A DNA stretch of 63,994 nt, the filler included, from Intoshia linei (taxonomy: Eukaryota; Animalia; Orthonectida), in the NCBI GenBank assembly GCA_001642005.1. It is 7 parts of 7 records of this genome, joined end to end, with 100 filler letters (N's around TTAATTAATTAA, not from the genome) between each part and the next. Parts side by side here need not be neighbours in the genome. Positions count along the whole stretch, not along the records: positions 1 to 14,747 come from LWCA01000943.1; 6 more parts are not named here. One strand, given 5' to 3'. Of the stretch, positions 1 through 12,812 are shown piece by piece. Made by a program: the position numbers and the translations under genes. The stretch's first letter is position 1. Every line of letters begins with the position of its first letter. The notes under the pieces were generated by a model that saw nothing but the letters and a program-made list of their open reading frames with translations, made no database searches and was not told where the DNA came from.

Positions 1-734
1 ATTTCGAAACTCATTAAGTGAAATTGAATTGAATGCATTTAATAGTTTTGAAAAGGTGGTGACTATGTTTTTCGGAAATCGTAAAACTGTAAATTATAAA
101 CATAGTATATTTATTTAACCATATTTATAGTTAATTTTAGTTGCAATTGAAGATATGTTTACTTGTTACGATATAATGGATTGTCTGTATAGTATAAAGA
201 TGCATTATTTAGATGACCATTTTGATTATTTTGTAAAGAATTGCGGAAATTGGTCAGACGAGATGGAGAGCGTTTCCATCAAATTTTGAATGTTTTTGAG
301 CGTTGGTACACGGAAAAATACATATTAAATATTTATATGTAACTTCAATTGTAAATTAATTAAAAAAATGAGTGATTCAAGAGTCTTGTAATGAAATTAT
401 ATTTTTGAATTTGAAAGTTCATTTAGATAGCGATTAAGACGTTAAGATCAAAATTAGGGTTCAGTACTTTTTAGGACCCCATTTCCTTTTTTTATAAAAC
501 TTCTATATTTGCAGTAAGATTTTCGTATTTTTAACATTGGTATCGTAAATTAAAGTTAATTTTACCCTAGAAAGATTCTTTATATTTTAAAATTTATATT
601 AGGATTAGTGTAATTAAGGCACTTATAAAAATAATGAAATTATTAGTTTGCCTATAGCAACAAAGCTATTATTTGATTATTTCAAAAAGTTGAGCGATTT
701 ATACCACAAGAGTTACATCATTTTGTTCACCCTG
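1..734 (+). mobile_element. Degenerate 3' end of a DNA transposon, Chapaev3/CMC-like transposase remnant
   Basis: About 190-310 reads, with a frameshift, IKMHYLDDHFDYFVKNCGNWSDE.GERFHQ..FERWY. This matches the recalled motif LKIHFLHSHLDFF..N.G.VSDEHGERFHQ. A candidate terminus TTTTGTTCACCCTG lies at 721-734. Confidence 0.55.
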
Positions 735-950
735 AAATTATCTATAATACTACTATAATTTTATCCAGATCAAAAAAAAAACGTCAATTTTGTCGGACAG
801 TGTTATAGCAATATAGCCAATTATGAATAACTGCTTCAAATCAATTTGGGATGATATTAAATTTGTTCCTAAATATTAGATCAGAGAAATTTAACTTAAT
901 TATATATGTAAATATTGATATAACTTTGAATCCATAATTATTTGACATAG

Positions 951-3401
951 ATGATACTTCTTTTGAACATTATCCAATTGTTTCCGCTAATAAATTGCCA
1001 TGTAATAACAGAGAGGTATTCACATTACGTAAATGGTGGAATAATAGAACCGCGTATCCACAAAAATGAGACATTTATCAAACATTTTTCACAACACCTT
1101 TATACAAATTATTCAAATTCGTCAATGTTTGACTTTCACTATACAGAAAAGTGTATATATTCCATTTCATGGGAATACTACTATTACAGTTCTTACACTA
1201 CATTTTACAAAACGTGCTTTAAGAAAAACCAATTTGTCAATGAAAATGAAATGCAGATGGGCGTCGAAGGGTCGGAGATGTTACATAACGCAATTAATTA
1301 TGAAAAACAAAGTAAAATGATAAAACTTAATGAAAATTGTTACAAATATCGATATAAATTAACCCATTATAATGAAATGAACCATGTCTTGATTATTTGT
1401 ATAGATGAAAAAGATGGATGGAGATTAGTAAATTATGAACAAGAAATGTTGCAATATTTTATAAAACCAGACAATCATTTTATTCACGCAATGATTGATT
1501 CATCCGATAACTTGTATTATTTGAATTTAAAGAGTAAAAATGGAAATTCTAAAAAAGAGAAGAATGTAGTTTCATCGAGTACAAAAATTTTTGTAGATTC
1601 ACGCGTAAATAAGGTCAATTGGTCCATGATGTTTGAAAATTCTACAAATTTGCATTTATCCATGAACCAAATGTTTTATATTAAACACATTGGAAGAAAA
1701 TATGATTTAATTTCTTTTAACTATCTAAATAAAGTAAAAAAGTCAATTTTACAAAGTTACTTTTTAAAGGATTTTTATATGGTTTACAAATATTTGATTA
1801 TCAAAGTACAGAACGGCTTTATGCTCTCTGAGAATGGTGGAAAAACATATTTTACAATGTACATTGAACACTTTCATAGCATTAGACGATACAAATTTCT
1901 TTATTTGGGTGGCGACAGGTTATTGTTGCTGACACAATTCGGTGACTTTGACAATCAGCCAAGTCACGTGAATATCTATGTTAGCGATTCATCTCATTTG
2001 TACTACAACAAAATCATTTCCTTCCTTTTTCGAATTGATTGGATAGACTATCATGTGGCCTACAATAACGTATTCATGCTATTCTCAAAATCTAAATCTA
2101 TGGGGTATATTACACATAATCACGGGTCAGATTGGTCTTTTATTTATGACACAAATTCCAAAAACTGCAATGTTGATGTTGAATTGAAATTGAGATCTGA
2201 TGAAGACGTTAAAAAATTGAATCTTCCTAATGCCTGCACCCTGCGGGTCGTTTCACCTCCACTTCAATTAGAGTCGAGATCAGATGAGAGATACATGACT
2301 ATAGGTTTAATAATTGTGAACGCCGTGTCTGTGCCAGCTACAATTGGAGATTATAACGAGTTTAAATCATTAAACGTATCTACATATATGACTGTAGATG
2401 GTGGATATACCTGGCAAATGCTTTTAAAGAATACCTATTCATACCAACTTTTATCTTCAAAGGACGGCACAGTGCAAATTTTAGCTACGAGTGCAGGAGT
2501 TTATTACACTCACGACTTGGGAAATAACTGGCTTTTCTACGCTGAAATTCATAGTAATTATGACAAAATTATGATTAATAATGACAAAATTTACTACATC
2601 AACTATGAAACATCTATAATAAACTTTGGCAATTATAAATATGAAAAGACAAAATATGCATTTAACGAATTGAGAGTGACCCACCAATTCGATGTTTGTT
2701 CAGATACGTATGGTAAAGAAAATTTCATTAAATTTATTCACTGTATAAACGGAAATCAATACTATTATTACAAACACGATAAGAGTCTGTGTGCAGTTTA
2801 TGAATCCAAACGAATATACAAAAATTTAATCTCCCTCAATGAAGACCATTCCGGTAAAGATACTCACATGTGTAATTGTACCAAATATGATTACAGTTGC
2901 GAGACAGGATTTTATAGAGATTTCAAAACACACGATTGTATTCACCGAAAACACCAAATTATAGCCAAGCATGTTTGCTTAAATAGTAAATTATACAGCA
3001 TTTATACTCAAAATGCATATGAAAAATTTAAAAATGAAAATTATTGTTCTAATGGGTTTAAAGCTCCAATAAACGAACCCGTTTTCATATTTGATACATG
3101 CTATGAAAATACAAACGACAAAGAAGATGTTTCCAAGCCATTTTTTGATCTAAAAACTATTTTCATTGTAAAATGGTGTCTCTCATTTTTGTTTGTTTTT
3201 ATTTTGCTCATTATTGTATTGAGAATTTACATCAAATGCATCATTTGTTGTTGTCCTTATACTAAAGTTTCTAGTGGTGATACAAGCAAATTCAAAAAAT
3301 CAGATATGAACTTGATGATGGATGATGTTAGCCATTTATCTGTCGATCTTGATGATATTAATAAACCAAATGTCGTTACGAGTATTCAAAAAAATGATTA
3401 A
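951..3401 (+). CDS. VPS10-domain (sortilin-like) type I membrane receptor, intronless, 816 aa
   Basis: Signal peptide; BNR/Asp-box repeats (SENGGKTY, THNHGSDW, TVDGGYTW, THDLGNNW); cysteine-rich 10CC-like region CNCTKYDYSCETGFYRD..C; one TM helix; cytosolic YTKV (YxxPhi) motif and acidic tail. Confidence 0.85.
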   Translation: MILLLNIIQLFPLINCHVITERYSHYVNGGIIEPRIHKNETFIKHFSQHLYTNYSNSSMFDFHYTEKCIYSISWEYYYYSSYTTFYKTCFKKNQFVNENEMQMGVEGSEMLHNAINYEKQSKMIKLNENCYKYRYKLTHYNEMNHVLIICIDEKDGWRLVNYEQEMLQYFIKPDNHFIHAMIDSSDNLYYLNLKSKNGNSKKEKNVVSSSTKIFVDSRVNKVNWSMMFENSTNLHLSMNQMFYIKHIGRKYDLISFNYLNKVKKSILQSYFLKDFYMVYKYLIIKVQNGFMLSENGGKTYFTMYIEHFHSIRRYKFLYLGGDRLLLLTQFGDFDNQPSHVNIYVSDSSHLYYNKIISFLFRIDWIDYHVAYNNVFMLFSKSKSMGYITHNHGSDWSFIYDTNSKNCNVDVELKLRSDEDVKKLNLPNACTLRVVSPPLQLESRSDERYMTIGLIIVNAVSVPATIGDYNEFKSLNVSTYMTVDGGYTWQMLLKNTYSYQLLSSKDGTVQILATSAGVYYTHDLGNNWLFYAEIHSNYDKIMINNDKIYYINYETSIINFGNYKYEKTKYAFNELRVTHQFDVCSDTYGKENFIKFIHCINGNQYYYYKHDKSLCAVYESKRIYKNLISLNEDHSGKDTHMCNCTKYDYSCETGFYRDFKTHDCIHRKHQIIAKHVCLNSKLYSIYTQNAYEKFKNENYCSNGFKAPINEPVFIFDTCYENTNDKEDVSKPFFDLKTIFIVKWCLSFLFVFILLIIVLRIYIKCIICCCPYTKVSSGDTSKFKKSDMNLMMDDVSHLSVDLDDINKPNVVTSIQKND

Positions 3402-4414
3402 ATCAGATTTAACATGTATACCTTATAAAATAAATTAAGCTAGATTAAATAAACTTTCTATTTCATTTTCTCTATTTGTTGTAATTATAGTTGTCAATTT
3501 TTACTTAGATTTTTTACTACAATAAAGCAAATCATAATTATTTACTATTGTAAATTTATGTCATTTTTCATTGCTATTTTATCATCTTTAGTCTTTGGTA
3601 AGGACTAAGTTAGTAAGTAATTTAGCTAAAAATGTATGTCTGCTTCTCTATAACCACTTATATAGAATGAATGTTTGTGTGTAACCATGTATTAAAAAAA
3701 TTGACAGTCGCAGGATTTAAAAAACCCCAATTTCTAATACAGTTTATCCCAGGACGTGTGTATATCTATTTTTAAGTTTCATAATTTGAATCCTTCTAGG
3801 TCAAAACCCCAAATTACCTTATGTCTAAAAAATCAAACATATCCAAAAATATTTTAAAACATAATGGCCATAATGCCAAGTATTAACTTTTATTAAAATT
3901 TACAACCTTTAATTAACGTATAATATTAAATATTTACAGATTTAGACTAGATTCAATATTTTATCTAAAAGTAATACATTTAAAATGGTGCATAATATTA
4001 GAAAAAATATAATATATTTTGGGACTCTCATAGATATATTTGATAAATTATATTCAAATTTTATTACCAGCACGTGTTGTTATTATTACCAGCATTTCTG
4101 TTTTACTACCATAAAAATTAAAAAATTACTTTATTTTTGTAAAATATATTATTGAAGAGTTTTCAGATGTTGGGATTTTATACCAATACCTATAAGATCG
4201 CTAAATTATTATAATAAAAATCCCACTTTTAATAAAATTTACTAATATTTATATGAATATCACGTAATATAAATTTAGTATACAAAAATATGAATCTAAT
4301 CTAAAAAGACTAGTTATTTTTTTTATCATATAAGGTAGAGGTGACGAACATTTTTATAGATATTATATTTAAAAAATCGATTTTTAAAATTGTTAAGAAA
4401 GTGATAATATAATT

Positions 4415-4620
4415 TTTTGGAAATTATTGCCTCTTGAAAATTTTCCTAATCTACGTGGGTTTGATCAAAGCGATATACATGTATGTCGTTTCGCTTCGAC
4501 CTATATATGTGAACAGATATTCTCCACCATGAATTTTATTATAAGCAGAGTCTCAATTAACGGAATCAAACTTGAATAACACTCTTTTACTTTTGATCAC
4601 TAATTTAACTCCAAATATTG
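4415..4620 (+). mobile_element. hAT (Charlie/SPIN/GTF2IRD2-like) transposase C-terminal remnant
   Basis: FWKLLPLENFPNLR...RFASTYICEQIFSTMNF matches the hAT dimerisation motif F.STY.CEQ.FS.M; frameshifted. Confidence 0.75.
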
Positions 4621-5375
4621 TTAAATTTGCAAAAAATAATGAAAATAATAAATCATGTTCTAAAAATCTTTAATAAATAAATATTAAAAATTTGCGAGAC
4701 TTACAAGCCTCATTGTAATCAGTTTACATTTTACAAATTAGTCATATATGTATTTAAAAAAAATTGCTGGTACCAGCAAATAGGTCACCCTTGATTGTAT
4801 TTAATTTTTACATTAAATTTTAATAAATACCGATCAAGTATTGTAAACCACATTTTGATAAACCATGTGAAATTGAGAATCGGTTAGCTTTTCTTTTAAA
4901 TTTATTTTGCCAATCAATTAAAGATACCATTAAATGTTCTAAATTTGATTATTATTATTAAATACAATAATAATATATATTATGTATTTATTATAAATTT
5001 ACATTACATTACATAGTATATTATCAATTCGGTGAAAAAAATGTACGATTAAAGAAACATATACAAATTTGGTGAAAAAATCGACAATGATTAATTAACA
5101 AAATGTCGTTCTGATATGTATATCTCTAACACTACAGCGCTCAAATAAATGTCACTCAGTTGAATGTGCGCCTCTTTTGGATTCAAATTTATATTTATAA
5201 CTTTAATATTATTATGTAAGTAATACTTACATTAAGTATACTAATAGTTGTTTAATTTTTTATATTGTATTTAAATAGTAATTGTAATACAATTGAAGAG
5301 AAATTGTATTTATAATTTTTTCTGTTGAAATTGAATTTGAATTAAAAAATGTAAAAAAGAATTAATTTTTAAAGG

Positions 5376-5660
5376 GTGTTTAGTAGACACTGTCTACTTG
5401 AATTCAACCATTTTTACTAAAAATCAAAATTTACCAACCCTTTAGGGAAACGTCGAGTTTTATCAACCCTAAAAAGAAAAATCCAGTTCTTTCAAACACT
5501 ACAAGGAAATGGATAAAGGAAATTGGATTTTTTCCTATAGAGTTTGTAAAAGTGGGTTTTGCCCTTTAAAGTTTGGTATAAGTGGATTTTTAGTAAAAAT
5601 GGTTTGATTTAAGTAAAAACGGTTGGATTTTTGTAAAAATGGTTGGGTTTAAGAATATTC
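5376..5660. repeat. Foldback-like element: inverted arms built from ~30-bp subrepeats
   Basis: AACCATTTTTACTAAAAATC at ~5406 is inverted by GATTTTTAGTAAAAATGGTT at ~5585. Related units occur near 15700-15790 and 31470-31750. Confidence 0.55.
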
Positions 5661-6524
5661 TCATTTTAAAATGTGTATGTTTGGCGTTTTGAAAATAATT
5701 TTTCCCTTTGTGTTCCGTATTCAGTAAAAAATGTGCAACAACTTGAAAATTTAATTTGGAGACTTACATATAAAATCTTTCAATACATTGTACATATATT
5801 ATTATGTATATATTATATAGTGAACCAATCAAATTGATTTCAAAAAAGTTTACTGTTAATTCTCTACAGCTTTAGGCGAGAGGCATTTTTAGTAAACATA
5901 TACCCATTTATTATACAGTGTATTACACTATATATCAGGGGTTCCCAAATTCATTTAGTCTACCGCCCCTTTTTTAGCAATATATTTTTTCTTGATATTA
6001 CCTTTTATTTTAAATAGAGAAACACATTTTATATCAGGTATTGCAGCGTGAGGTATATTTATTGCTACGCAGAAATAATTCCATCTAAAATAAATTTAAA
6101 ACTTAAAATATAGACATAGTCTCCAAAGAAACAATAGTAGTAATCGAATTATTGTTTTTTATTAATAATACTAAAATAATGTCCCATTTTAAAAGAAAAT
6201 AATGAAAATTTATTTTACCTTAGAAACATTTGTTAGCTGTATAAAAGTAACTTTATTTGAATACTTTTATTTATAATGTTAATTATTATCAGCCCCAAAA
6301 TTTAATTATAACTTATAATTACGCCAAGTAAAAGTTGATTTTTATATGTTAATTAGCATGCAATTCCAAGCATGCTGATACCAATATTATGTTTATTAAT
6401 TAGCTAATTAAATTTTATAAAGTTAATAAAGTCATTTTATTTTTCTAAAAGTTCATAGTCATTTTTGAGTCAAGTAAGTTAAAAAAACAATCAGTTAAAA
6501 CAACTATTTTATGATATTGGCTAT

Positions 6525-7030
6525 CCCCTGTACCTATGATAAATAGGTGAGGTACATGGTTAACAGCTAGTAAATATTATATAGAAAACTTCCAAAAGTC
6601 AGATGCATTGTTGATGGTATACTCACTATACTATACCATACCACTATACTATAGTGGGTAATGGAGTAATAATAAATCGAGCTAAATTGGCTGTCAACCA
6701 ACTTGGTTTAGACAATGATTTGATTCAAATATGTGCATATTTATCTCTGCTAGATGTAATAGAAACCGCTCAAGAATTGTTATTTAGCATAGAAAAGGCC
6801 TACAATTTATTATGTAATTTGTCCTTTGATTCGGATCCCTGCAGCATACAGGATTATATTAGTAAAAGTTTAAAGAAAAACGTCATATATAGCATTATAA
6901 ATAATTTAAATTCAAATAAATACCTAATATTATATCATTATCTAAGCAACGCTTCTTCTACATCGGTCAACGTAGAAAGAAGTTTTAGCCGGTTAAAAAA
7001 AAGTAACTAAACAAAGACTCTTAACACCTG
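6525..7030 (+). mobile_element. hAT-like transposase remnant
   Basis: SPVPMINR*GTWLTASKYYIENF resembles the 'P.P.ITRWGTWL.A..YY..NF' family. The ORF at 6654-7010 ends in TSVNVERSFSRLK, a hAT C-terminal motif. Confidence 0.7.
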
Positions 7031-7751
7031 ACAATATATAAAAATAAATACTCTATTAATTATCCATTTGCATAGTTTACTTTTCTTCATTTAAATTAAT
7101 ATTTGATACTGAAGTATGAAAGACTTTCATTGAAGGCATTTTTAGAAAAAAAACATTTTTGTAAATATTTTGAATTTTCAAATGGTACGAAAAAAAATAC
7201 ATAAAAAATACATGTAAAAAATCAAAACTAATCGATTGAAATTAACAAGATCAAATAAGAGTTTTATACAAAAAAATTTTTTTAATATATTAATATTAAT
7301 AATAATATTATAATAGCCAAAATATACTAAAAATCAGTCGTTAGGTTATTTTTATTTTTTATTTATAGATTATTAAAAAAATTGCCCTACTTATAACTTA
7401 CCCATTTTATTAATTAATTAAACCATTTACATGTAAAATAATAGATCACTAATCTAAAATCTAATTAAAAAATATAATTTACCGTTTCAACAATTGAGGA
7501 CATTCCGCTAATATAAAAAAGCTCTTTGTAGTTTTCCTTCCTATGATGTCATAATTAGGGTAAAAAAATGAAACAAAATGCACTTTTTGCAACTTGTGGT
7601 TTTCATGGTAATATTATATACATACTTTTAAATTGCAATTTAGGATTGACCTTAATTTATTTTGTTCATTTTAAATTTAAATAAAAGTTTTAGAGTAATT
7701 TTTGTTATTGCAAAAAAACTTTAATTTTAATTAAAAAAAATATCACTAGCT

Positions 7752-10716
7752 CTAAAAATAAAATATAAAGGAGGATGATATTGAAAAAGAAACAATGTCA
7801 ATTGTATATACATGTACTATATACTTGATATATTGAAAATTGATAATTAGTCTTTTTATGAAAATATTATTTAACAAAATTTTAAAATAATAAGAATTAC
7901 TTTCAATATCATAGTATCTTTCATTTTCATATCTTTTAACGATATTAATCAAATATTGAATTAAATCATTTCGTTTCAAGTGTTTAAATATTTTAATTAA
8001 AAGTGGAACCTAAATATGATGATAATATACGCTTTAATTCATAAGAGACAGGTAGGTCTATAAATGACGTGAAACGGTTTTAAAAATTATTAAATTCGAC
8101 ATTTGAAATTAAATTTACGATTCATATTGAGTTAATCGTTAAACAAACCTATTACCGTACACAAAATTGTAGGTGCACGCCGTTGGAGTAGATCACAATA
8201 ATAGTTTATTTAAAACCTTTGATTTATATCTTTTCGTTTGTTTAAACCAAAATAGAAGAATGCTTTCTGTCGTTAATTGTATATTATTTTTGTGCATTTT
8301 TTTATAATTTTGCAATTTTTCTTTTCTAACTTTTAAAAATATAGCCATTTGAGTCATTTCAATTTCATCCAATTGTTGAGAAATTTCGTTTAATACAGTT
8401 GCATTAATTGGCCCTGAAATATGAAAATAAATTTTATTATTCTGTTAAAATATTATATTGCCTAGCTATAATCAAGTCTGTTTTAATTATAGTCCGACCC
8501 GGTTTTAGGCAAATTTTTATGTGGGTGCTCTCAGTTTTTGGAGCACTTTGCTAATTTAATGTTAGTTTATTAATTTTATGGCTATCGCATAAAAATAAAT
8601 CTAACAAAGGATAAAACCACTAATCACCGATTAATAATCAGGTATTGTTTATATAAATTACCATTATAATATTTGTATTTTGTCCTTTTTATATCTGCAA
8701 CAATAATGGGCATCTAAAAAGTAAAATAAAAATCTTTAATATATATCCTAACTTATATAATATGCTACGCGATTTTTGTTTGTGTGTGTCTGTCTGTGTG
8801 TGTTACGGTTTATTTAAATAACTACCTATCTTAGAATTTTATAAAGTCCACATTTCAATTACAATTTTGTCTGGAGTGTTACCAAAATAAATTTAAACCT
8901 CCAAAACTCCCATCTTACTGGTGAAAAAGCCCAATTGTCCTTTTTTTTTGAAAATCAAACGAGTTCGAAAATCTAAAAAAATATACACTCAGATACGTAT
9001 TTTAAAATCATAAATATTTTCATAAATTTAAATTTAAAAAAATATATTTTTAGGGCTAAAACCCCAAATTATCCTTTTTTTAATGAAAATATCCCTAGAA
9101 TTTAAAAAAATTACAGGGCTACAGTTGTATCCTGTTAACACACACAAACAATTTCAATTTGAATAAGTGACGCCTTCACGGTTAAAAAAGAATATAACAA
9201 AAAATATAATCACATAATCATATATAACAGTCAAACTAGTTTCATTATAAACTTTAAAAAGCACATTAAATTAAATACCTTTGGAAGGATGATTAATATT
9301 TGTGCCAATACATTACTACGACAAATTAAAATACTTGGTTCAGGGCTATTCTGAGTTTGACAAGAGAGACCATCATTGAAATTATTAACAGAACTTTCAA
9401 GCTGAATCGTTAAATAACCCCTGTACCATTTATGCGCATTTTGAGCATATTTGTCGACAACATTTAAATCAAAATTATAAACTTGAAAACTGGATAAATG
9501 TTTGAAAATTGTAGTGTAAATATCCATATGATCAGTTTGACTAGGTTGAATGTTTCCATTAAATGAAATTTTTAAAAATTGTCCTTCAACAACGTGTAAC
9601 TTTTTTAAAAAATAATCACCGTTGTTACTGAAAGTATTGGTATAAAAACCATGTTGTACTTTAGATTCAGAAGCACTCTTGAATTTTCTCGGGTTGTAAT
9701 CCATGTTTTCGTTTGTTATGATACTAGTTTTAGGTCTATTTTGATAAATAAAATCATTTATATAGTTTGGATCATTTTCTGAATAAAAGGTATAATTTTC
9801 AATTTCATATTCTGACAGTGTTTCCTTTAGTAGAGATTTAGGTACTATCTTAAATCGCAACAAATTTAAAGTATCACATTTTTGTCTTGCCACTATATAC
9901 ATTTTGTTGGTGAATAATACAGTGTGTATGGTTGAAATTAATTTTCTAAGATTAATAAGATTGTATGTTTTTGCTAATCTTACGAAAATAAATCTAAATT
10001 TGATAATAAAACTTAATATTTATACATTTTACATAAATTTTCCTTCTTGTTGAATGCTACATTTTACTTTTCCATTGGATTCAATCAGTATTGCGTCGTT
10101 TTTTAATTCCCATTTGGTTGTAAATATTAACAGTTTTAATATGTAAATTTTGTTGACTAATAACATTGTTATCAAAATATGGAATTTATCATGTGATATA
10201 TGGTATCATTAAATATAGAGTTAATTTTAATTCCATACCTTGCCAGTCTGAATTAGTTTCCAAATTTTTAGGTTTATTGGCATACATTGAAAAAAATGGG
10301 TTATTCGTTAGAGTTGGGACATCTGGAGATGGGGTTTCAATTTCAATTGGATTTAGAAGACAGGAATTAGATTCAAAGTAGATAAAATCTGTGCAGGAAA
10401 TGAACCAATTTAAATCACTATCAAAATGCTGTTCAATTGATCTGCGAATCAAACTTTTTTTTACACTTTTCTGCTAAAATTATATTTAAAGGACAATTTA
10501 CATTAGGTTAATTATGAAACATACCCACATTGTAACCTTTTCATCCTTCTTAAAACTATTTGGTGAAAAATTAAAAATAGTTTCATTTTCAGGCTTCACA
10601 TCGAATACACCACCTTTAGTATTAATTACTGCTGTAAATTGTTTTGGTCTTGTTATAACAGATATTTTCATGTTTTTGTATAATTTTGTTTTTTTTACGT
10701 CAAATTTAGCATACAT
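7752..10716 (-). CDS. DTHD1: Death domain-containing protein 1-like (ZU5-UPA-death domain), multi-exon; 5' end and last exon boundary uncertain
   Basis: ZU5-like ISVITRPKQFTAVINTKGG...FNFSPNSF (~10523-10716). UPA-like HVVEGQFLKISFNGNI...VVDKYAQNAHKWYRGYLTI (9231-9902 ORF, donor after LPK) resembles recalled DTHD1 QVREGEQLLLRFTGNI...YKGTIVV. Small exon at ~8662-8713. Death-domain exon 8217-8413 (VLNEISQQLDEIEMTQMAIFLKVRKEKLQ...ILLFWFKQ) splices in phase to VPLLIKIFKHLKRNDLIQYL at ~8008. Confidence 0.7.
8746..9200 (+). mobile_element. 5' fragment of the non-autonomous Helitron family, in a DTHD1-like intron
   Basis: Starts A|TCCTAACTTATATAA with a (TG)n tract; colinear with 36128-36570. Confidence 0.7.
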
Positions 10717-10982
10717 CTATATAAATTTACATAAAATAATTACATTAAATAAATTAATGTTAATAAAAATACATTATGACTAAATAATTAATTGGCACGA
10801 TTATGGTTTGTTGGGTATATTAAAACACAGATTTTAGGGTTCCACTATTTTTATTATCAAAACCCATTTTTCACGTGGATTTCTTTTTTGCCTTTAAGCA
10901 TTTATCAAAAAATTTTTTTAGATCGGTAAACATTTACACCGAAAATGTAATTATTGAAATCCATACAAAAATGTTAAGATCA

Positions 10983-11335
10983 ATATAAAAACAACTTTAT
11001 ATAATTTCAATTAGCTTAAGATCGGTTTCTATGGTTGTAATTTCTTTCATGGGTTTGCCATGTTGTGTGGTCCATATTGTTTATTCATATTAAATTTTAG
11101 TTCATTTATTTTGGTTTATACGAAATTTATTTTGAGTCTATTATAAATTTTATCTATTGTTTCAGTTTTTGGAGTAAATTATGAATTCAAACATCATTAA
11201 AAACCAAAATAAATAAGCTAGAATTTAATTTAAAAACACAAAATAGTCCACAAATCATGATAAACCCATCAAAAAAATTACAACCATAGAAACCGAACTT
11301 AAAATGATTGAAATTATATAAAGTTGTTTTATATT
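10983..11335. mobile_element. Long-TIR foldback MITE
   Basis: AAAACAACTTTATATAATTTCAAT...CGGTTTCTATGGTTGTAATTT at the left is inverted at the right by AAATTACAACCATAGAAACCG...ATTGAAATTATATAAAGTTGTTTT. Confidence 0.7.
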
Positions 11336-12419
11336 TACATATCCGATAAAAATATAAAATATGTACTAATTTAATTAAAAATAATAAATTAAAATTTTCA
11401 CAAACTGTGTATTACAGTTTGTGAAAAATAGGGTTCCGTGCGGACTCCTTTGAGAGCCTCTGGGTAAGAGAGTGTATTGGTTTCGATTAATAATAATAAT
11501 GTATAATAAATACAATCAAACCTCTCAATACTGCCACAATATTTCAATTTTATAACAAAATTATTAGAAAATTTCTCATTATTGCCAAACTCTCAATACC
11601 GTCACAATTTTAAAATATTTTAAAAAAATATTGATTTAAATGAGTTAAATCCTTAATTTAAAATCATAAATATTTTAATATAAACTTTTATTACAGAAAT
11701 TATTAATCTAATTTTAATTATAACTCACCAAACACTAACTATTTTTAACAAATAAATTAAAAAACGCGTTTGTTGGATGAATGAAATTAATTTTATTATT
11801 ATTTTACTATATGACTGCTTATTAATACTTATTAACCGTTCCATGACATACTCTCAATAACGATAAACCCTCAATACCGTCATAAATGTAGAAATACCAA
11901 AATTGCGATATTGAGAGGTGTGACTGTACTTTGAAAATACCTCACTATCACAATAAAAAATTTCACAATCGATATACTTTCTGTTTTTATATTCATGAAT
12001 GACTAAGAACCGAATTTCAATATTGGGTTTAATATCTTGTATTGCGAGTGGCAAACATATGGATATTATCTAAATTAATTTTTTTACTAATAGCTTAAAT
12101 TCATCAATGCTAATAAAATAATATGATCTAAAGAAAAATACAACAACTATACAACATTCGAGAAATTCGTATGGCAATATATTAGTGGAATTCATTGACA
12201 TGATGTTTAAAAATATTACATTTGTGTTACATTGTAAATATAATTTTTAAAATAACATTAAAAATCTTTTTAGTTAAATCTTTCTGACGATATTATTACA
12301 ATTATAATAATAATATCGATTCATAAATTAATAATTATCATATATTTATAATTTTGTATAGATAATACAGTAATACATAATATAATAATAATATCATAAT
12401 GTAATATGTATGAAAATAA

Positions 12420-12812
12420 AGCTTACAGTAAATAATATATGATAATTTTCTTAAAAATATTATTTTAAATATAAAATTTTTTATACCAATAGCTTTAAAG
12501 ATGCGCAAAATTATCGTCTAGCAAATCATGAACGCTGAATTGATAAAAAACCGATTCCAATGAGAAAACTGAATAAATATAAAAAATATAAATTGAAAAT
12601 TAATTTTTATCGAAATAATTATTACTATGAATTTTACTATACAAAATAAATTAAATTTTGCTCATTATTCATATTTTGAAGTGCTTTGCCCCAGGGTTTT
12701 TTTAATCCTTTTTATATAATTATTTGATAATTGTGTATCATTCAACCCCATCTTCCACGTATGGGGTGGCACTGTTGTATTTTCGCAAAAAAGTGAAAAA
12801 ATTCACACCCTA
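12420..12812 (+). repeat. Dispersed repeat; inverted near-copy of 42907-43290
   Basis: Shared TCATTCAACCCCATCTTCCACGTATG.GGTGGCAC and GAAGTGCTTTGCCCCAGGG; ends TTCACACCCTA. Confidence 0.75.

Noticed and set aside
1066-2687. Short ORFs overlapping the sortilin-like gene, and most other 60-90 aa ORFs in the track
   Set aside because: Alternate-frame or repeat-derived ORFs with no motifs.
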